A DNA stretch of 64,000 bases from Candidatus Anaeroferrophillacea bacterium (GCA_016933675.1 JAFGAM010000014.1:47727-111726); one strand, 5' to 3'; numbered from the stretch's first letter, positions 1 to 9,214 are shown. The notes: generated from the sequence alone by a model not told the origin. Numbers and translations: made by a program.

Positions 1-1163
1 AGGGAGGCGAGACGCTCGTAGCGCTTGCACTCGTCCTTGAGGTCGCGGGCCAGTTCCGGGTGGCGCTCCACCCGGTCCTCCAGTCCCTCCTTGATGTCGA
101 CGATGCGCGAGGTTTCGTAAACCAGCGCCCGGCCGGCCTCGATGGCCACCCGCATGTCGGTGAGCATCTCCCCGATGACGGTGAACTCACGAACGGGCTT
201 TTTGAACTGCACTCGGTCGCCGGCGTAGGCATAGGCCTCGCGGTAGGCCGCCTCGGCGATACCCACGGCCTGGGCCGCCACTGCCAGACGGGCGCCGTTC
301 ATCAGGTAGATGGTGTATTTGACCAGGCCGAACTTGCGCCGGCCCAGCAGCTCCGCCGGGGCGTCGTTGAACTGCAACTCGCAGGTGGGCGAGCCGGTAA
401 TGCCGAGCTTATGCTCGATGCGGCGGATCTTCATGTGTTCATCGCGCTCGTAGATGAACAGTGACAGGCCGCGGCCGCCGGAACTGCCATCCTCGGAACG
501 CGCCATCACCAGCGAGATCCGGCCGCAGCCGTTGGTGATGAAACGCTTGACCCCGTTGAGCCGCCAGACGCCGTTCCCGTCCTGGGCGGCGCGCATCATC
601 ACCGACTGCAGGTCGGAGCCGGAATCGGGCTCGGTGAGAGCCATGGACCCCACCACCTCACCGCGGGCGAAGCGCGGCAGATGGCGCCGCTTCTGATCCT
701 CGGTACCGAACTTGGAGATGGTTTCCCCCAGTCCCTGAAGACCGAAGACCAGCATCAGCGAGGCATCGGCACGGGAGATGATCTCGATGGCGGCGGAAAA
801 TACGGTGGTCGGCATGTTGATGCCGCCATATTTCCGCGGCAGGGTGAAACCGGCGAGATCAGCCTGGTTGAGCCGCTCCACCGCCGCACGGATGCCTTCG
901 GGATAGGTCACTTCGCCGGCGGCGAAGGTCGCCCCGGTTTCGTCCACCTCCCGCGCCCGGGGAGCGACGAACCCGCCGGCAATCTCGCCGACGATCTCCA
1001 GCACCCGGTCGTAGCTATCGACGGCATCGTCCACATCGCGGGGGGCGTAGGGAAATTCGTCCCGCTCGGCGAAACCGTCCTCCTTGAGCTCCACCACCCG
1101 CGACAGGTCGAGGGTTTTGAGCATGAAACCGATGTCACTGTTGTCCCGATAGAAATTCGCCAT
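1..1163 (-). CDS. acyl-CoA dehydrogenase (N-terminal ~387 codons; gene runs off the window start)
   Basis: Absent from the ORF track because it has no stop in the window. The minus frame opens at ATG 1163-1161 (MANFYRDNSDIGFMLKTLDLSRVVELK), 7 nt after TAAGGAG, and stays open to nt 1. It contains the ACAD motif MALTEPDSGSDL (about 605-645). The plus-strand ORFs 60..464 and 681..1193 are its antisense shadows. Confidence 0.85.
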   Translation of the reverse strand, partial: MANFYRDNSDIGFMLKTLDLSRVVELKEDGFAERDEFPYAPRDVDDAVDSYDRVLEIVGEIAGGFVAPRAREVDETGATFAAGEVTYPEGIRAAVERLNQADLAGFTLPRKYGGINMPTTVFSAAIEIISRADASLMLVFGLQGLGETISKFGTEDQKRRHLPRFARGEVVGSMALTEPDSGSDLQSVMMRAAQDGNGVWRLNGVKRFITNGCGRISLVMARSEDGSSGGRGLSLFIYERDEHMKIRRIEHKLGITGSPTCELQFNDAPAELLGRRKFGLVKYTIYLMNGARLAVAAQAVGIAEAAYREAYAYAGDRVQFKKPVREFTVIGEMLTDMRVAIEAGRALVYETSRIVDIKEGLEDRVERHPELARDLKDECKRYERLAS

Positions 1164-1174
1164 TGCCGGGCTCC

Positions 1175-2194
1175 TTACGCTTTCGTCTTGTAGGCTTTGA
1201 TCATCCGGCCGAGTACCTCGCGGACGTCGCCGACAATGCCGTAGTGGGCGATGGAGAATATCGGCGCCTGGGGGTCGCGGTTGACGGCGATGATGCGCTT
1301 GGCCTCGGCCATCCCGGCACGGTGCTGGATCTGGCCCGAGATGCCGCAGGCGATATAGAGGTTGGGCCGCACGGTGATCCCCGTCTGGCCCACCTGGTGC
1401 TCCTTGGGCAACACCCCGGCGTCGACCACCGGCCGCGAGCAGCCTACCTGGCCACCAAGGGTTTTCGCCAGCTCACGCACCAGGGAGAGGCTGTCGGGAT
1501 CGCCGGCGCCCATGCCGGCGGCGACGATAATCTGCGCCGCCGGCAGGTTCACCGCCTTCTCCTGCCGCACCACCTCCAGCACCTCGGTGAGAAAGGCATC
1601 ATCTTCGAGGACGCAGGGTTCCGTCATCACCGTGGCCGGCGGCAGGAAGTCGTCGGGAGCGTCGAGTTGCATCACCCCCTCGCGCACCGTCGCCATGGAC
1701 GGCCGGCTCTCGGGGGAAACGATGGTGGCGATGATATTGCCGCCGAACGCCGGGCGGATCTGCATGAGCGTCCGCGAGAAGGTCACGTCCTTAATCGCGT
1801 GGTCACCGATCTCGAGAGCGGTACAGTCGGCGGTGAGACCGCAGCGCAGTTCCGAGGCCACCCGCGGGGCGACATCGCGCCCCATGGTGGTGGCGCCGAA
1901 GAGAACGATCTGCGGATCGTATTTCCGGATCAGCCGCGCCGTCTCCCGGGCATAGGGCACCGAGGAGAAATGCGCCAGTCGCGAATCGTCAATATAGTAA
2001 ACCCGGCGGCAGCCATGGCACCCGAGTTCGGTGAGGGCAGCGCCGAGACCGTGGCCCAGGGCCACCGCCTCCACCTCGCCGTCCAGTTCCGTCGCCAGCC
2101 GGCGGGCAGCGGACAGCAACTCACGGCTGACATCGGCGATTTCGCCGTGCCGCGCCTCGATGAAGACCATGACATTGCGTGATGGTGTCTCCAT
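1175..2194 (-). CDS. etfA: electron transfer flavoprotein alpha subunit
   Basis: 339-aa ORF with the C-terminal FAD-binding signature PNLYIACGISGQIQHRAGM. It lies 8 nt downstream of etfB and 11 nt upstream of the acyl-CoA dehydrogenase start. Confidence 0.9.
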   Translation of the reverse strand: METPSRNVMVFIEARHGEIADVSRELLSAARRLATELDGEVEAVALGHGLGAALTELGCHGCRRVYYIDDSRLAHFSSVPYARETARLIRKYDPQIVLFGATTMGRDVAPRVASELRCGLTADCTALEIGDHAIKDVTFSRTLMQIRPAFGGNIIATIVSPESRPSMATVREGVMQLDAPDDFLPPATVMTEPCVLEDDAFLTEVLEVVRQEKAVNLPAAQIIVAAGMGAGDPDSLSLVRELAKTLGGQVGCSRPVVDAGVLPKEHQVGQTGITVRPNLYIACGISGQIQHRAGMAEAKRIIAVNRDPQAPIFSIAHYGIVGDVREVLGRMIKAYKTKA

Positions 2195-2202
2195 GATCTC
2201 TC

Positions 2203-3072
2203 CTATCCAACAATATTTTCTTCGACCAGTTCGCGCATCAGCCCGGCGATGCCGGCGTCGGTGTTGGGCACCTGCTGACTTTCACCGGCGGTGAGCACCA
2301 CGCTCTGGATCTTCTTGACCTTGGTGGGCGAACCGGAGAGACCGCAGGCCGCCGGATCGGCGCCGATGGACTCCACGTTCCATTCACGGATATGGGATAC
2401 GGCGCTGCAGACGCCGGGTTCCAGCCAGGCCTCCTCGTAGGCGCCCTCACATGCCTGCTTGCCGATGTTCTTGTAGGTCATCACCAACTTGGCGCTGGCG
2501 GTCCGCGGCTCGTTGGCGCTGCCGGTCACCGTCACCAACACCGGGTAACGGCTGCGTACCACCTCGATGCCGTCCTCCACCGTACGCTCGACGGTAATCG
2601 ATTCATCATCGGCGTGACGTACCTTCGCGACCCCGGTAAGCTGATTGATCTCCAGCTTTTCGGCGATCTGCGGCCCCACCTGGGCGGTGTCACCGTCGAT
2701 GGCCTGGCGGCCGCAGAAGATGAGATCGTAATTCCCCACGGTACGGATGGCACAGGCCAGGGCATAGGATGTTGCCAGGGTATCGGCGCCGGCGAAGCGG
2801 CGGTCGGACACCAGCATAACGTCGTCGGCACCGCGATAGAGGCACTCCTTGAGTACCGCCGTTGCCTGGGGCGGCCCCATGGAGATGCAGGTCACCGTCC
2901 CGCCGACACTCTCCTTCAAGGCGAGGGCGGCCTCCAGGGCGTTGAGATCCTCGGGATTGAAGATCGCCGGCAGCGCCGCGCGATTCACCGTCCCGTCCTC
3001 TTTCATGGCCTCGCCGGTCACGTTGTGGGTGTCCGGCACCTGTTTCACCGTGACGATCATGCGCAGTCCCAT
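2203..3072 (-). CDS. etfB: electron transfer flavoprotein beta subunit
   Basis: The ORF track gives 370 aa, but the first 81 codons read through an intergenic repeat. Start moved to ATG 3072 (MGLRMIVTVKQVPDTHNV...), 8 nt after AAGGAG. Confidence 0.9.
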   Translation of the reverse strand: MGLRMIVTVKQVPDTHNVTGEAMKEDGTVNRAALPAIFNPEDLNALEAALALKESVGGTVTCISMGPPQATAVLKECLYRGADDVMLVSDRRFAGADTLATSYALACAIRTVGNYDLIFCGRQAIDGDTAQVGPQIAEKLEINQLTGVAKVRHADDESITVERTVEDGIEVVRSRYPVLVTVTGSANEPRTASAKLVMTYKNIGKQACEGAYEEAWLEPGVCSAVSHIREWNVESIGADPAACGLSGSPTKVKKIQSVVLTAGESQQVPNTDAGIAGLMRELVEENIVG

Positions 3073-3134
3073 GATTCCGTCTCCTTGGCGCTGCCTGCGG
3101 CCGCACCGGCGGCCGGTTGTTGGTTGTCGGTTGG

Positions 3135-3295
3135 CAATTTTGATGGCTTCGCAACAACTCCATCGTCTTCGTGGCGCTGCAAGTCGAGTCGATCGACGTA
3201 CTACGGGGCGTAACGCCGCATCGAAGCGCCGCGAATCCGGAGCGGTTACGGTGCCATCCCTTTTCGGCGTATCTGGGCAGTGGTTACGGTTGGCG
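3135..3295 (+). repeat. intergenic element family, copy R1
   Basis: Head TTGATGGCTTCGCAACAAC at about 3140-3158. Block GCGCCGCGAATCCGGAGCGGTTACGGTGCCATCCC at about 3226-3260. Second GGTTACGGT at 3282-3290. Aligns block by block with the other copies listed in findings. Confidence 0.7.
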
Positions 3296-3635
3296 ATCTT
3301 GCGGCCTGCGGCCACAAACGGCGGTACCGATCGCCGTCACGCACCCCCGTTAACAACAATTTTTCATGGCGAAAGCGAGTACTTAGCAGATAACATCCGG
3401 GAATACAAGTACTTCAGACAAGCTGGCGGTACGCTCGGAAAACGCTTCCGGGCGGGTCGAGAACGGCGACCGGGCAACCCCGCCCGCAGCATCATTCAGA
3501 ACCAAAATCGCCACTTTGCTTTTCTCCCCACAGCGGGTATGATGAGCCGTAACCAGCGCCACATACGCCGAATAGGGGTGGCACAACCGTGCATCCCCGC
3601 CGGCAGAACAGCGAATCATTGAAAGGAGCTCCGGC

Positions 3636-4727
3636 ATGGAAAACATGAGCCCGGATACCACCACCAATGAAGACATCTACCGCCGCCTCGCCCGCCATCT
3701 CGACAGCCTGCCGGCAGGGTTTCCGCCCACCGAAACCGGCGTCGAACGGCGTATTCTGCGCCGCCTTTTCACCCCGGAAGAAGCGCGGATCGCCGTCGCC
3801 CTCCACCTGTGGCCCGAAACGGCGGAGGAAATCGGCGCCCGCCTGCCCGCCGGACTGACCGACGACCCGGCGGCAACACTGGAATCCATGGCCCGCCGGG
3901 GGCTGATCTTCCGCCTCGCCAAAGACGGGACGAACCACTACATGGCGGCCCAGTTCGTCATCGGCATCTGGGAGTTCCACGTCAACGACCTGGACGAGGG
4001 GCTGATCAACGACGTGAACGAATACGTCCCGTTCCTGATGGAACACACCTGGGCACAAATGAAGACCAAACAGCTCCGGGTCATCCCGGTGACCGAAAGC
4101 GTCGAGTCCGGGGCGGCGGTAATGGCCTACGACGAAGCGGGACGGATCATCGCCGCCCAGGAACTCATCGCCGTGGCGCCGTGCATCTGCCGCCGCGAGC
4201 AGCAGATGGTCGGCAAGGGCTGCGACAACCCCGTGGAGGTGTGCCTCTCCTTCGGCAACTCGGCCGCCTTCTATATCGAGAACGGCCTCGGCCGGGAGAT
4301 CGACCGGGACGAAGCGATGAAAATCCTTGCCACCGGTCTCGAGGCCGGACTGGTACTGCAGCCGACCAACGCGAAAAAACCTGTCAACATCTGCATGTGC
4401 TGCGGCTGCTGCTGCCAGGTGCTGAAAAACATCAAGCGCATGGAACACCCCGCAGCACTGATCGATTCCAACTACTTCGCCGCGGTGGATGCCGACCGCT
4501 GCACCGCCTGCGGCGCCTGCGCCGAACGCTGCCATATGGAGGCGATCACGGTCGAAGACACCGCGGTCATCGACCGCATCCGCTGCATCGGCTGCGGCGT
4601 CTGCGTCCCGGCCTGCAATTTCGACGCTCTCACCCTGAAGCCGAAGACCGAAGCGGAACGCATTGAACCGCCGCGGACAATGGTGGAAACGCTGATGAGC
4701 ATGGCCCGCGAGCGCGGCAGAATCTGA
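3636..4727 (+). CDS. 4Fe-4S dicluster domain protein with Cys-rich middle region (function unknown)
   Basis: 363-aa ORF 7 nt after AAGGAG. Two ferredoxin motifs (CTACGACAERC, CIGCGVCVPAC) plus CICRREQQMVGKGC and CMCCGCCCQV clusters. N-terminal 130 aa are non-Fe-S. Confidence 0.8.
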   Translation: MENMSPDTTTNEDIYRRLARHLDSLPAGFPPTETGVERRILRRLFTPEEARIAVALHLWPETAEEIGARLPAGLTDDPAATLESMARRGLIFRLAKDGTNHYMAAQFVIGIWEFHVNDLDEGLINDVNEYVPFLMEHTWAQMKTKQLRVIPVTESVESGAAVMAYDEAGRIIAAQELIAVAPCICRREQQMVGKGCDNPVEVCLSFGNSAAFYIENGLGREIDRDEAMKILATGLEAGLVLQPTNAKKPVNICMCCGCCCQVLKNIKRMEHPAALIDSNYFAAVDADRCTACGACAERCHMEAITVEDTAVIDRIRCIGCGVCVPACNFDALTLKPKTEAERIEPPRTMVETLMSMARERGRI

Positions 4728-4730
4728 AAA

Positions 4731-5081
4731 ATGCATGAATTGCCGGTGATCGAAGAAATCCTCGCGGTGGTCCTGACCCACGCCCACCGCCACGGGGTGA
4801 GCCGGGTGGTAACCATCAACCTGGAGGTAGGATCGTTCAGCGATCTCGAGGATGCATGGCTGCAGCGCTATTTCGACCACTGCAGCCGGGGCTCGGTGGC
4901 GGAAAACGCCCGCCTGGAACTCATCCGGGTGCCGGCAACGGGTACCTGCCGGCGGTGCAACCACGTTTTCACCCTCGCCGCCCCCGGCACCGACAAAACC
5001 GGCTGTCCCCTTTGCGGCGCCGTCGACATCGTCCTGGACGGCCGACGGGGTTACCACATCGCCAGCCTGGAGGCATTATGA
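4731..5081 (+). CDS. hypA: nickel-insertion metallochaperone HypA
   Basis: 116 aa. MHELPVIEEIL N-terminus and the C-terminal zinc knuckle CRRC...CPLCG are typical of HypA. Confidence 0.85.
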   Translation: MHELPVIEEILAVVLTHAHRHGVSRVVTINLEVGSFSDLEDAWLQRYFDHCSRGSVAENARLELIRVPATGTCRRCNHVFTLAAPGTDKTGCPLCGAVDIVLDGRRGYHIASLEAL

Positions 5082-5749
5082 AGCCCGGGATCAAGCTTAT
5101 CGAAGTGAAAGAGGATCTGTTTGCCGACAACCGCCGGGCGGCTGAAACGCTGCGCGCCCGGCTGCGCGCATCGCGTACCTTCCTGCTCAACCTCATGGCC
5201 TCGCCGGGAGCGGGCAAGACCAGCCTGATCATGCAGACCGTCGCTGCGCTGGCGGGAGAGCTGCGGCTCGGGGTCATCGAGGCGGATATCGACTCCATGA
5301 TCGATGCCGAAACAGTGGCCGCCGGCGGCATCCCGGCGCTGCAACTGCGCACCGGCGGCTTCTGTCACGTGGACGCGGTGATGGTGGGGAAGGCGCTGGC
5401 GGAGCTGCCGCTGAAGGATCTCGATCTGGTCATCCTGGAAAACGTCGGCAATCTGGTCTGTCCGGCGGAATTCGATACGGGTGCTTCGCGGAGCGCGATG
5501 ATCCTCAGCGTCCCGGAAGGGGACGACAAGCCGCTGAAGTACCCGCTGATGTTCTCGGTCTGCAACGCCCTGGTGGTCAACAAAACGGACTGGCTGGAGC
5601 TCTCCGACTTCAGCGTCGAACGGCTGACGGAACGGGTGCGGCGGCTGAACCCGGGGATGGAGTTATTTCCACTTTCCTGCCGCACGGGGGAAGGTATCGA
5701 GGCCTGGACCGACTGGCTGCGGCGGGAAGTAGCAGCGTTTCTCAATTGA
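5078..5749 (+). CDS. hypB: nickel-dependent GTPase HypB
   Basis: Start set at ATG 5078 (MKPGIKLIEVKEDL), which forms an ATGA overlap with the hypA stop. GAGKTS P-loop and ENVGNLVCPA motif. The ORF-track 5' extension (4856) overlaps hypA out of frame. Confidence 0.9.
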   Translation: MKPGIKLIEVKEDLFADNRRAAETLRARLRASRTFLLNLMASPGAGKTSLIMQTVAALAGELRLGVIEADIDSMIDAETVAAGGIPALQLRTGGFCHVDAVMVGKALAELPLKDLDLVILENVGNLVCPAEFDTGASRSAMILSVPEGDDKPLKYPLMFSVCNALVVNKTDWLELSDFSVERLTERVRRLNPGMELFPLSCRTGEGIEAWTDWLRREVAAFLN

Positions 5750-5756
5750 GGTCTGC

Positions 5757-5905
5757 GATGGCTTCGCCACCGCTCCTCTTTCTTCGTTGCGCTGCAAGCT
5801 GAGTTATTCGACGTACCCCTTTTCCTCAGTCAGGAGGCGCCGCGAACCTGGAGCGGTTACGATGCGCCGCCCCCTTTCAGCGCGTGCTGGCAGAGGTTAC
5901 GGTTT
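5757..5905 (+). repeat. intergenic element family, copy R2
   Basis: GATGGCTTCGCC starts 7 nt after the hypB stop. CTTCGTTGCGCTGCAAG, GCGCCGCGAACCTGGAGCGGTTACGAT and a second GGTTACGGT (about 5895-5903) follow in the same order as R1. Confidence 0.7.
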
Positions 5906-5917
5906 CACCAATAATAG

Positions 5918-6604
5918 CTACTCTTTAAAGCGGTAGCCGACCCCCCGCACCGTCTCGATAAGACCGCCGGCATCGCCGAGCTTGCGGCGCAGACCGACGA
6001 TGGTGACGTCCACCGAGCGATCGGTGACCGGATAGTCCTCACCCTTTACGGCATCGACGATCTGGTAGCGGGAAAAGACCCAGCCCGGCCGGCCGGCGAG
6101 AAAATGGAGGACCCTGAACTCCGTCAGGGTGAGAGAAACCGGCTGCTCACCGATAAGCACTTCGTGGCGGCCGGGGTGGATCACCAGGCCGTGGATGCGG
6201 ATGACCTCCGAATCTCCGGGCGGCTGGAAATCACGGCGCCGGAGCACCGCCCGCACCCGGGCGATGAGTACCCGGGGACTGAAAGGTTTGGTGATATAAT
6301 CGTCGGCACCCATTTCCAGGCCGGCGACGATATCCGCCTCCTCGCCCTTGGCGGTCAGCATGACGACGGGGATCCCGGCACCGGCCGGATCATCCTTCAC
6401 CCGCCGGCAGACCTCCAGCCCGTCGACCCCCGGCAACATGAGATCCAGCACAATAAGCGCCGGCGGATCCTTCTTCACCTTGCGCAGGGCGGCTTCACCA
6501 GAGGTGACCCCGGTCACCGCGAAGCCTTCCGTGCGCAGGTTGTATTCCACCAGTTGGAGGATGTCCTCCTCGTCCTCGACCACCAGAATCCGTTCTCTGG
6601 TCAT
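5918..6604 (-). CDS. OmpR/PhoB-family response regulator (no adjacent histidine kinase)
   Basis: 228 aa. Receiver domain (ILVVEDEEDI...LDLMLPGVDG...KPF) plus a winged-helix C-terminus (VRGVGYRF). GGGAGG lies upstream of the ATG. Confidence 0.9.
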   Translation of the reverse strand: MTRERILVVEDEEDILQLVEYNLRTEGFAVTGVTSGEAALRKVKKDPPALIVLDLMLPGVDGLEVCRRVKDDPAGAGIPVVMLTAKGEEADIVAGLEMGADDYITKPFSPRVLIARVRAVLRRRDFQPPGDSEVIRIHGLVIHPGRHEVLIGEQPVSLTLTEFRVLHFLAGRPGWVFSRYQIVDAVKGEDYPVTDRSVDVTIVGLRRKLGDAGGLIETVRGVGYRFKE

Positions 6605-6831
6605 GGTTCCCTACCTCCCGCTGCGCCCCGCGCCGGCGGCCGAATACCACCGAACCGCCTGCCGGTACCAGCCTCCCGTTGCCGGCGGGCGACATCCCGG
6701 TTTTGAGCGTATGGGTTTTCCGGTACCTGGCGTCCCCATGTTGAAAGTCCGAAGTTCGCCGTCAGCAGTATGCCGTTTCACGGCAAAAGTCAAGGATCTG
6801 AACGGTCCCTGGGAAGGCGACCGCCGCGCCG

Positions 6832-9102
6832 TTACCCCTCCCGCCTTTCCGGCAGTTCGGCCTTGTAGCCACAGCCTTTGCGCGGACATCGGAGGTAGCC
6901 GGCGCGATTGCGGGATGCTTTTTCCACCAGGAACGGGTGACCGCAGAGCGGGCAGGTCAGCGGATAGGGCCTGTCCCACAGGGCGTAGTTACACGTGGGA
7001 TAACGGGAGCAGGCGTAGAAGGTTTTGCCCTTTTTCGAGGTTTTCTGAACAATTTCCCCATCGCACCCCTCCTCGGGGCAGGGAATGCCGGTACCGATGG
7101 AACGGGTATAGCGGCATTCAGGATAGCGGGAGCAGGCGATGAAGCGCCCGAACCGGCCGGTACGCACGGTCAGCGGGCTGCCGCATTCGGGACACACCCC
7201 CAGCTTATCCCGCTCTTCGGCGGTCAACTCGTCCGTCGGCGCCGGCTGACCGTTTTCGTCCAGGTTGCGGGTATTGCGGCATTCAGGATAGTTCGGACAG
7301 GCAAGGAACTTGCCGTTGCGACCCCACTTGATGACCATCCGGGCGCCACACTTCTCACATATCTCTTCGGTTTCCTGCTCCTGGCGTTTGGCCTCCCGCA
7401 TCGCCGGCAGAGCCTCTTCGACCCGTTGCATAAACGGGCCGTAGAAATCCCGCAGCAGCGTCTGCCAATCCTGTTTTCCCTCCTCGACCCGGTCAAGCTT
7501 CTCTTCCATCTGCGCGGTGAAGGAAACATCGAGGATATCGGCAAAACTTTTTACCAGCATCCCGGTCACCAGTTCGCCGAGATCGGTGGGATAAAATTTG
7601 CGCTCCCGCAGTTCGGCATAGCCGCGGTCCTGGATGGTCGACAGGATGGCGGCGTAGGTCGACGGCCGGCCGATGCCCTTCTCCTCCAGCTCCTTGACCA
7701 GACTGCTTTCGGTAAAGCGCGGCGGCGGCTGGGTAAAGTGCTGCTTCTGGTCGAGGGATTCGAGTTTGAGGATGTCACCTTCCTCGAGGGGCGGCAAAAT
7801 GGTGTCCTTGTCGTCGGCGGCGGCACCGTCAACCCCCTCTTCGTAAAGGGCGAGGAAACCGTCGAACAGGAGCCGGCGACCGACGGCACGATAGGTGTAG
7901 CGCGGTCCGGCGGCGATGTCCACGGTGGTCTGATAGTAGCGTGCCGGGGTCATCTGACTGGCGACGAAACGGCTCCAGATCAGCCGGTAGAGCCGGAGCT
8001 GGTCACGATCAAGGTAGTTTGCCAGGCCGTCCGGCTCGAGGTCCATGGAGGTCGGACGGATGGCCTCGTGGGCGTCCTGGGCGGCGTTCTTGTTGCGGTA
8101 GCGGGCCGCCTTCGCCGGCACGTATTCGGCCCCGAAACGCCGGTCGATATAGGCCCGGCAATCATCCAGTGCCACGTCCGCCACCCGCACCGAGTCGGTA
8201 CGCATGTAGGTGATCAAACCGGTGGGGCCGGCATCGCCCAGTTCCACCCCCTCGTAGAGCTGCTGGGCGATGAGCATCGTCTTTCTGGCGCTGAACCCGA
8301 GCTTGCGGGCCGCCTCCTGCTGCAGTTTGCTGGTGATGAACGGCGGCTGCGGTCGCCGCTGGCGCTTCTTCTGCTCGCAGGCGGCAACGGTGAAACACTC
8401 ACCGGCACTCTCGTCGGCGATGATTCGCGCCTCCTCTGCGTTCTTCACCTCGGCCTTCTTCCCCTCCACGGCGTGCAGGCGGGCAGTGAACAGCGGCGGC
8501 TCACCGGCGGCAAGGAGGGCCTCGATGCTCCAGTATTCCTGCGGCTCGAAAGCCCGGATTTCGGCCTCACGATCGCAGATCAGCCGCACCGCCACCGACT
8601 GCACCCGGCCGGCGGAAAGCCCCCGGCGCACCGTCTGCCAGAGCAGCGGGCTGATCTTGTAGCCCACCAGGCGGTCGAGGATACGACGGGTCTGCTGGGC
8701 GTTGACCTTGTCTTCGTCGATGGACAGGGGATGTTCGATGGCGGTCCGGATCGCCTGGGGGGTGATCTCGTGAAACAGCACCCGGTACACCTCGTTCGAA
8801 CGCCCCAGCTCGGCGGCGATATGCCAGGCAATGGCCTCCCCCTCACGGTCAGGGTCGGGGGCAAGATAGACGACATCGGCATACTGCGCCGCCTTCTTCA
8901 GCTCACCCAGCACCTTCCCCTTACCGCGGATGGTAACGTAGTGGGGCTCGAAGCGTTCGCCGTCGAAATCGATGCCCAGTTCCTTCTTGGGCAGATCCTT
9001 GACATGGCCGACGGAGGCCTTGACATCAAAGCGGGCACCGAGATACTTCTTGATGGTTCGGGCCTTGGCGGGTGACTCGACGATCAGCAGCGATTTCGAC
9101 AT
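6832..9102 (-). CDS. topA: DNA topoisomerase I
   Basis: 756 aa. Toprim N-terminus MSKSLLIVESPAKARTIKKYLG and C-terminal CxxC zinc-ribbon repeats. Confidence 0.95.
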   Translation of the reverse strand: MSKSLLIVESPAKARTIKKYLGARFDVKASVGHVKDLPKKELGIDFDGERFEPHYVTIRGKGKVLGELKKAAQYADVVYLAPDPDREGEAIAWHIAAELGRSNEVYRVLFHEITPQAIRTAIEHPLSIDEDKVNAQQTRRILDRLVGYKISPLLWQTVRRGLSAGRVQSVAVRLICDREAEIRAFEPQEYWSIEALLAAGEPPLFTARLHAVEGKKAEVKNAEEARIIADESAGECFTVAACEQKKRQRRPQPPFITSKLQQEAARKLGFSARKTMLIAQQLYEGVELGDAGPTGLITYMRTDSVRVADVALDDCRAYIDRRFGAEYVPAKAARYRNKNAAQDAHEAIRPTSMDLEPDGLANYLDRDQLRLYRLIWSRFVASQMTPARYYQTTVDIAAGPRYTYRAVGRRLLFDGFLALYEEGVDGAAADDKDTILPPLEEGDILKLESLDQKQHFTQPPPRFTESSLVKELEEKGIGRPSTYAAILSTIQDRGYAELRERKFYPTDLGELVTGMLVKSFADILDVSFTAQMEEKLDRVEEGKQDWQTLLRDFYGPFMQRVEEALPAMREAKRQEQETEEICEKCGARMVIKWGRNGKFLACPNYPECRNTRNLDENGQPAPTDELTAEERDKLGVCPECGSPLTVRTGRFGRFIACSRYPECRYTRSIGTGIPCPEEGCDGEIVQKTSKKGKTFYACSRYPTCNYALWDRPYPLTCPLCGHPFLVEKASRNRAGYLRCPRKGCGYKAELPERREG

Positions 9103-9146
9103 GGATTCTCACTCGGGCAGGGGGAAGGCTGGGGGCATCGACAGCA

Positions 9147-9183
9147 CGAAAAACGACAAAGGCAAGAAGACCTCCTTCTTGCC
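9147..9183 (-). terminator. hairpin plus T-tract between smg and topA
   Basis: Perfect 9-bp stem GGCAAGAAG/CTTCTTGCC (9161-9183). On the minus strand it is followed by TTTGTCGTTTTTCG. Confidence 0.5.
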
Positions 9184-9214
9184 CGCCGGGTTCCAGTCCA
9201 GATCACAACACGTT

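Noticed and set aside
2203-3315. N-terminal extensions in the ORF track for etfB (to 3315), dprA (to 11086), dch (to 25477), the 167-aa form of 27945..28448, NRDE (to 53651) and hypB (from 4856)
   Set aside because: The extensions run through intergenic repeat copies or overlap the upstream gene. They lack an RBS and have repeat-derived or low-complexity sequence. Internal ATGs with Shine-Dalgarno sites give family-typical N-termini.
3578-3593. Sigma54-like TGGCACAACCGTGCAT upstream of the 4Fe-4S/hypAB genes
   Set aside because: The distance from the -24 GG to the -12 GC is 11 nt instead of the required 12. Sigma54 promoters tolerate almost no spacing change.
6937-9075. Very long ORFs antisense to real genes: 6937..9075(+), 3492..5057(-), 17886..19988(-), 28485..29618(+), 33923..35191(-), 36200..37621(-), 37734..39353(-), 56236..57846(+), 62736..63917(+), 8972..10876(+)
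   Set aside because: These are typical high-GC shadow ORFs. Their translations are Arg/Gly/Pro/Ala-rich with no recognisable motifs. The opposite strand in each case encodes a well-supported protein (topA, pilY1, mpl, cfa, cca, fhs, dnaK, lon and others).
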